NCBI GenBank assembly: GCA_964016885.1
Contig: OZ024752.1
Coordinates: forward strand, 41,974,001 to 42,038,000
Direction: 5' to 3'
Source: Eledone cirrhosa
Lineage: Eukaryota
DNA length: 64,000 bases
This document shows, piece by piece, positions 58,172 through 64,000 of this stretch (position 1 is the stretch's first letter; each line of letters begins with the position of its first letter). A program made the translations under genes and the position numbers. The notes beneath the pieces were generated by a model. It worked only from the letters and a program-made list of their open reading frames with translations. It ran no database searches and had not been told where the DNA came from.

Positions 58172-58205
58172 GCACACACACAAAATTATGTATATATACA
58201 GAGAA

Positions 58206-58293
<88 letters not shown>

Positions 58294-58596
58294 TAGATAG
58301 AGGGGAGAGAGAGGAAGTAGCGATTTTTTTAAAAACACGACGCAGAATAATTTGGCACGTAATGTTGATATAATACACCCACGGTTACACACACATCCTC
58401 TCTCTCTCTCTCACACACACTAACAAGATTACACACACACACACACACACACACACCAAGCGCACACAAACTCACAAACATACACACACACACAAACACA
58501 CACGCACACACACACACACACACACACGCGCTCACCAAGTGCACACAAACTCACAAACAGTTACACACACACGCTCACCAAGTCCACGCAAACTCA

Positions 58597-58627
<31 letters not shown>

Positions 58628-59194
58628 GCGCGCGCTCACCAAGGGCACACAAACTCACAAACAGTTACACACACACGCTCACCAAGTGCACGCAAACTCA
58701 CAAACACACACACGCAAACTCACAAACACACACACACAAACTCACAAACACACACACACACACGCTCACCAAGTGCACACAAACTCACAAACACACACAA
58801 ACAAACACACATACACAAATACACACACGAACACGCACCAAATATGCACACACGCACAAACACGCTAACATCGGTCACAAAAATCAACTAAAAAATAATT
58901 CACACACAAACTAATGCCTTGCCAAAACTACATACAAACACACACGCACAAACACATACACACACACACATACACACATACACGAACACGCACACATACA
59001 CACACAGCCACCATGGTAAAGTTAACATGAAAATCGTTTAGTTTATGTCATTGACCTGTTCTTTGTAGATACCTGACACGGTTGAACAGAGAATGGCATT
59101 GCTCCAAACGAAGGGCTTTCTTCATTTAAAAAAAGCTTCAAGCACAGATATCATTTGATCTAAACGACTTTAATGTATGTATGTATGTATGTTT

Positions 59195-59422
59195 TCTCTT
59201 TCTCTTAATTTCGAGTATATTTTTTTGACCGGCCACCTTCCTGGTGGCAAGGTTGTAAAAGAAAAGAAATTGTCATCCCTTGAATCGCAAGAATGTTTTG
59301 CATATTTGGTATATAACCCGTAGCACCAATAATGATGGGTATGAAGCTAAAGGTGTATCTTGGATACTGGATTTGTAAGCTCCTCATCAATGGTCCGTAG
59401 ATGTCCTCCTTCTCCTGTATTT
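59195..59422 (-). mobile_element. 3' fragment of a restriction-like-endonuclease non-LTR retrotransposon in (CATA)n
   Basis: DVNV..KIQEKEDIYGPL..LQ..YP.Y.F.FIPIIIGATG, then after a deletion ICKTFL; flanked by (TATG)n. Confidence 0.7.
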
Positions 59423-59689
59423 TTCTGACAACGTTTACATCTGTATGTATGTATGTATGTATGTATGTATGTATGTATGTATGTATGTATGTATGTATGT
59501 ATGTATGGATGTATGTATACACTATGTCGAGTCACTCTTGAGTGCTACTGGTAACATGTAACCCAGTACAACCTGTATTTTTCTGACAACGTTTACATCT
59601 GTATGCATGTATGTATGTATGTATGTATGTATGTATGTATGTATGTATGTATGTATGTATGTATGTATGGATGTATGTATACACTATGT

Positions 59690-61206
59690 CGAGTCACTCT
59701 TGAGTGCTACTGGTAACATGTAACCCAGTACAACCTGTCGCGTGGTCGGGTCGTTGGCGACTAAACTGGCAACCCCACCAAGTTTACTTGGTGAGGAGGG
59801 TGATTTTGGACAAAAAAAAAAAAAAAAAAAAACCTGACAAAGGGCAGAAGAACTCATAAGAGTCAACGGCCATCCGAAAGTGTGTAAATATGTATATACA
59901 CATGTACCGCGCGGTTAAACCACTGGGAGTGAAGGACCCCTAGACTTTGTCAGGGCATTCTTCTAGAAGAAGGCAACTCATGAAACTGGGATAACTCCGA
60001 TATAAAACCTACGGTTCAGTCGGGATATAGCTACTGTCGCTCAGAGAGTGGGATTGGCTCAGTGCACAGTCTTTCCTCACTTTAAAAAATATCTTCACGC
60101 ACAGGCATTGCACGATAGAATTAATTAATAATTATTAATAATGGTATATCGTCCAATACTCGATAACGAGGGGGCAACCATCATGTATGTATGTAGTATG
60201 TATGTATGTATGTATGTATGTATGTATCTATGTATCTTTTTGGTAAATATCATCTTGGTTAAGAGAGTGGGACTGGCTTTGTGCAGTGCCTTTGCTCACT
60301 ATAAAAGCTTCACGGCACAGGCATTGCTTTATATCTGGAGATCTCTCTGTACTTGTCATCACATGGTACCATGGGCCCAGCACTATGTGTCAATGATTGT
60401 CACAAGTGTAGTGTTTGTGCCAGAGTTTTCAAGTCGCTGGCTGGACTAAAAATTCACACTCGTTCGGCGGTTCGGTAGGGGTTCTCCTACATGGATATAA
60501 AGTAGTGGCCGTACTCGAAAACGAGTTGGCAGCCACCATGTATGTATGTATGTATGTATGTATGTATGTATGTATGTATGTATGTATATATGTATGTCAG
60601 GTCACCAGTTGGTGCTACTGGTAACATGTATCCCAGTACAACCTGTCTCATGATCGGGTCGTTGGCGTCTAAACTGGCAACCCCACCAAGTTTTTTGGGG
60701 TGAGGAGGGTGACTTTGGACATCCTGCAGGACTAAAAACAAAACCTGTCAAAGGGCAAAGGAGCTCTTAAGAGTCAATGGCCATCCAAATTCACCGGGAG
60801 AGATGACCCCTTAGCCTTTGTCAAAGCAGAATTCTAGGAGAAGGAAAACTCTGATATAACACCTGCAACCATGATGGTATCCAATGATGTTGACTTGTTT
60901 TGCTTTTTGGTAAATATCATCTTGGTTAAGAGAGTGGGACTGGCTTTGTGCAGTGCCTTTGCTCACTATAAAAGCTTCACGGCACAGGCATTGCTTTGTA
61001 TTTGGAGATCTCTCTGCACTTGTCGTCACATGGTACCATGGGCCCAGCACTATGTGTCAATAATTGTCGCAAGTGTAGTGTTTGTACCAGAGTTTTCAAG
61101 TCGCTGGCTGGACTAAAAAGCCACACTCGTTCAGCGCATCGGTAGCGGTTCTCCTACATGGATATAAAGTAGTGGCCGTACTCGAAAACGAGTTGGCAGC
61201 CACCAT
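59690..61206 (+). mobile_element. Array of non-autonomous elements separated by (TATG)n (59690-60183, 60230-60540, 60598-61206)
   Basis: Shared 5' segment (TGCTACTGGTAACATG..AAACTGGCAACCCC) and shared 3' end (CTCGA.AACGAG..GGCA.CCA.CATG). Confidence 0.7.
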
Positions 61207-61812
61207 GTATGTATGTATGTATGCATGTATATATGTATGTACGTATGTGTATACGTACGTATATACATATATACGTACGTATGTATACGTATGTATGTAT
61301 GTATGCGTGGTGACATGGAAATATTCGGTTTGGTGCCTAAACATGCGGTTACCTCACCTGGAGTAAGAGACCCCTAGATCTTGTTAGGACATCATTCTAG
61401 AAGGAAAACTCTGATATAAAACCTTCAACTCGATGTCAGCCAATGATGTTGACCTGTTCTTCTTGTTAGATACCTGTCACTGTTGTACAGAGAGTGGCAT
61501 TGCTCCAAACAAAGGTCTTTCTTCATTTAAAAAAAGCTTCAATCACAGACATCACTTGATCTAAACGACTTCCATGTGTGTTGTGTGAGCATGGTCCTCC
61601 TTTTCTTATTTTTCTTAGCATATGCAGAAAGGAATCTAAGTCCTTGGACAGAGAAATTGGTGGTTATATATATAAGTAGATATATATATAATTATATATT
61701 CGTGTACAGATATTTTTGCATACACAATAACAAAATATAAATAAACGTATTTATTTCACGAGGCTCAATAAGGATAAATATATATCAAATATATAAGAAC
61801 CTTAGAGCAAAT

Positions 61813-61839
61813 CCCGAGTAACGCCGGGCCATTCTGCTA

Positions 61840-61840
<1 letters not shown>
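61813..61840 (+). mobile_element. Helitron 3' terminus
   Basis: Hairpin CCCGAG-TAACG-CCGGG followed by ..CTAG|T. Confidence 0.6.
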
Positions 61841-61873
<33 letters not shown>

Positions 61874-63739
61874 CTGTGTATGTGCTTCCCAAAAGGAACA
61901 ATTGCAAAAGAGATAGTCCCTGAATAAAATCATGTCATATGTACCTTAAATCTGTCCATGTTCGTAGTATAGAAGTTAAACATGTTAAAACACTACTTTA
62001 TTTAACTTGGGGAGAGGAGATCCCAGTACATTTGTTCCCGGCTCTGCCCAGCCAGTCCACCCACCTTTCGAGTGTTATGAAACCATGTAATCAGGTCAGT
62101 ACAACGAAACGAAGCCCCTAATTTTATATTTTTATTCTTATTGTCATAAATAGGTCATGTTTGTTGTTCCCTTTTTTTCAGGCAAAAATCCCCTGTAAAT
62201 GGTGAGAAAATAGCGATTGTTTACAGGTGACTACAACGCCCCCTTGCCCACTTTTTCCCTTTCTTTCTGTTAAGAATATGTAATAAGGTTTGTAATATTT
62301 ATCCTAGGTAAATATGACATTTAAGGGGCATTTCTTACTGTTCACTTTTATGTTCTGCCTAATCTTTTATTTTTACGTTAGTCACGATTTTATATGAATT
62401 GTTTCAGATGATTTTTTAACCCCTTCTTACCATATTTCTAATGAAAAACAAACAGACAAACAGACAAACAGACAAACAGACAAACAAACAAACAAACACT
62501 GCCTATGGTCTTTAAATAATTTTGAAAATAATCAAGAATTTGAAGGAATTTTGTTATATAATTAACTTTCTACCATGCGTCCTGGAGGTCGAAGGTTGCC
62601 AATTCGCCACCTTATATAATACACGCGTGTATGTGTAGTGAATAATGAATATAAAACAAAAATCAAAGATATGTTTCTTTATTAGCCACAGGGGCACAAA
62701 AGAAGGGGACAAATACAAAGGGGAGGTTTACATATAATAAAAACCTGTAAAATACTATCACAAATGCAATTTAAAAAACAATCGATTTTCCCCAATAGGA
62801 GGAGACATTACATATGGGTAACACATAGCCCCGAAAAAAATGTGCAACCCTCATCTCCAGGAGTACGAAGAGTGAGTAGCCCTTTCCTCTCTTCCTCTTT
62901 TTCCTCCACCTACAGGTTGTTAATTGCCGCATTTCCCGGCGTCGAAGACGCTACTTTTTCCCCTAAAATAAGTCTCAAAAATCTACCCCGAAGGTTGTTT
63001 ATTATTTTTTTTTCAAATTTTTGGTTGTCAAAATTAGGGGCGCCGGGAAATACGGTAGTTTAATTAATATTCAGTGATGACATTATTTTAGTGAACAGGT
63101 CATTGTGGATTGGCAGTATAGGTAGAGGGTCGGACGCCATGCTTTCCAGCATAGTTACGTCCCTTTACGATCTGAGTTCAAATCCCGCCGAGGTTGACTT
63201 TGCCTTTCATCCTTACGGGGTCGATAAAATAAAGTACCAGTAATGCACTGGATAATTGCTGGCCTTGTGCCAAAAGTAGAAACAATTAATTTTCTTTGTC
63301 TCTACAGAAACATTGTGTCAATGACAAGAAACATTGTGTCAATGACAAGAAACATTGTGTCAATGACAAGACTATTGGTATGCAAAGAAAATGTCAACAC
63401 TTCAGGAAATTAAAGATAAGTGGAAATAACAGATGTTTTTTTTTTGCGTCTTCTTGAATAATTAACGACGTAATTGCTCTCTCTCTCTCTACTCACACAC
63501 ATATACACACACATCCACTACCAAACACATACACACACACACACACACATCCACACTCACACACACATCCACACTCACAAACACACATACACACACACAC
63601 ATACATCCACACATACACACACATCCACTACCAAACACATACACACACACACACACACATCCACACTCACACACACATCCACACTCACAAACACACATAC
63701 ACACACACACATACATCCACACATACACACACACACATA

Positions 63740-63908
63740 CTGTATTTCCCGGCGCCGAAGACGCTTCGTCCTCCAGGACGCACCCTAATTTTGATAACCA
63801 AAAATTTGAAAAACAATAATAAACAACTTTCGGTGTCAAGGACACATGGTAGATTTTTTTAGACTTATTTTAGGGAAAAAGTAGCGTCTTCTACGCCGGG
63901 AAATACGG
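63740..63908. mobile_element. Tc2/pogo-like MITE (relative at 62927-63055)
   Basis: TIRs CTGTATTTCCCGGCG..GAAGACGC / GCGTCTTC..CGCCGGGAAATACGG. Confidence 0.7.
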
Positions 63909-64000
63909 TTTATATTATTTATTAATGTTCATACATAATGTAGATAAGAAGCTTCTAGATCTATTAAATAGACATTTCTCACCACAACATTGATACAGTA

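Overview
Eukaryotic (animal) genomic DNA, very AT-rich and full of microsatellites. The SINE and repeat content resembles octopod cephalopod DNA (recognised from memory, not searched). The only intact host gene I can support is an 8-coding-exon tetraspanin on the + strand (ATG 29889 to TAA 43402, 275 aa, CCG / PxSCC / GC motifs, C-terminal PSAP). Two of its splice junctions are locally duplicated: one creates a potential in-frame 39-nt cassette exon, the other a decoy acceptor followed by a stop. The rest is mobile DNA and tandem repeats: two tRNA-derived SINE families; RTE, CR1/L2 and RLE-type LINE fragments; piggyBac-, mariner-, Tc2- and hAT-like MITEs, two of them expanded by internal satellites; a Helitron 3' end; and a Penelope-like (Naiad-type GIY-YIG) fragment. 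The most striking pattern is more than 10 short elements from several families inserted in (TA)n tracts as fold-back palindromes with a one-sided tail. Many carry hammerhead ribozyme cores, several share an 11-nt subterminal motif, and one has a tRNA-like head at the fold-back point. A (TATG)n-embedded element family begins with an HDV-like ribozyme candidate. Almost all long ORFs in the track are microsatellite artefacts. No CRISPR, rRNA or intact tRNA gene is supported.
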